A stretch of 64,000 bases of DNA, from contig JBHGNT010000012.1 in assembly GCA_043228905.1 (NCBI GenBank), positions 9,362,001 to 9,426,000 of the forward strand, written 5' to 3'. The translations under genes were made by a program, and so were the position numbers. Of the stretch, positions 63,870 to 64,000 are shown in pieces. Under the pieces are notes generated by a model. It had not been told where the DNA came from. It was given only the letters and a program-made list of their open reading frames with translations, and ran no database searches. Position 1 is the first letter of the stretch. Each line of letters begins with the position of its first letter. This DNA is from Azolla caroliniana. Lineage: Eukaryota; Plantae; Polypodiophyta.

Positions 63870-64000
63870 TTGTTATATGCAGATATTGTAGTGCTTTTTG
63901 CAAATACTTTGGGAGATGCACAAAAGCTTATGAAGGCATTGGAAATTTTTTGCATGCATACTAAATTAAGTGTCAATAGCTCTAAAACAAAGATTATGCT
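63870..64000 (+). mobile_element. LINE RT fragment (second RTE-X-like family)
   Basis: YADI...DAQKLMKALEIFCMHTKLSVNSSKTKIM. Confidence 0.6.

Overview
Eukaryotic, repeat-rich plant DNA. The combination of a flagellar gene and the retroelement lineages present points to a land plant with flagellated sperm, most likely a fern or other seed-free plant (inference). Bases 1-19.4 kb are a nest of decayed LTR retrotransposons: a Ty3/gypsy element with a tRNA-Trp-type PBS, two chromodomain-bearing Tcn1-like chromoviruses, two related solo LTRs, a non-chromovirus integrase fragment and two copia remnants. Bases 19986-55873 (+) hold one apparently intact 32-exon gene for the axonemal WD40/coiled-coil protein CFAP43 (WDR96/FAP43). 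I reconstructed it by hand as 5301 nt / 1766 aa with GT-AG introns and consistent phases. Its introns carry many RTE-X-like LINE copies, three differently deleted copies of one copia family and an angiosperm-like Ale copia. A near-full-length decayed copia lies at 57333-63010 (-). The most notable signals are a self-priming PBS plus a -1 frameshift pseudoknot in the chromovirus, an in-frame ~170-codon charged extension of copia Pol between two polypurine tracts, a conserved LTR-end hairpin across copia subfamilies and a possible horizontally transferred Ale element. All calls are by eye; no searches were run.
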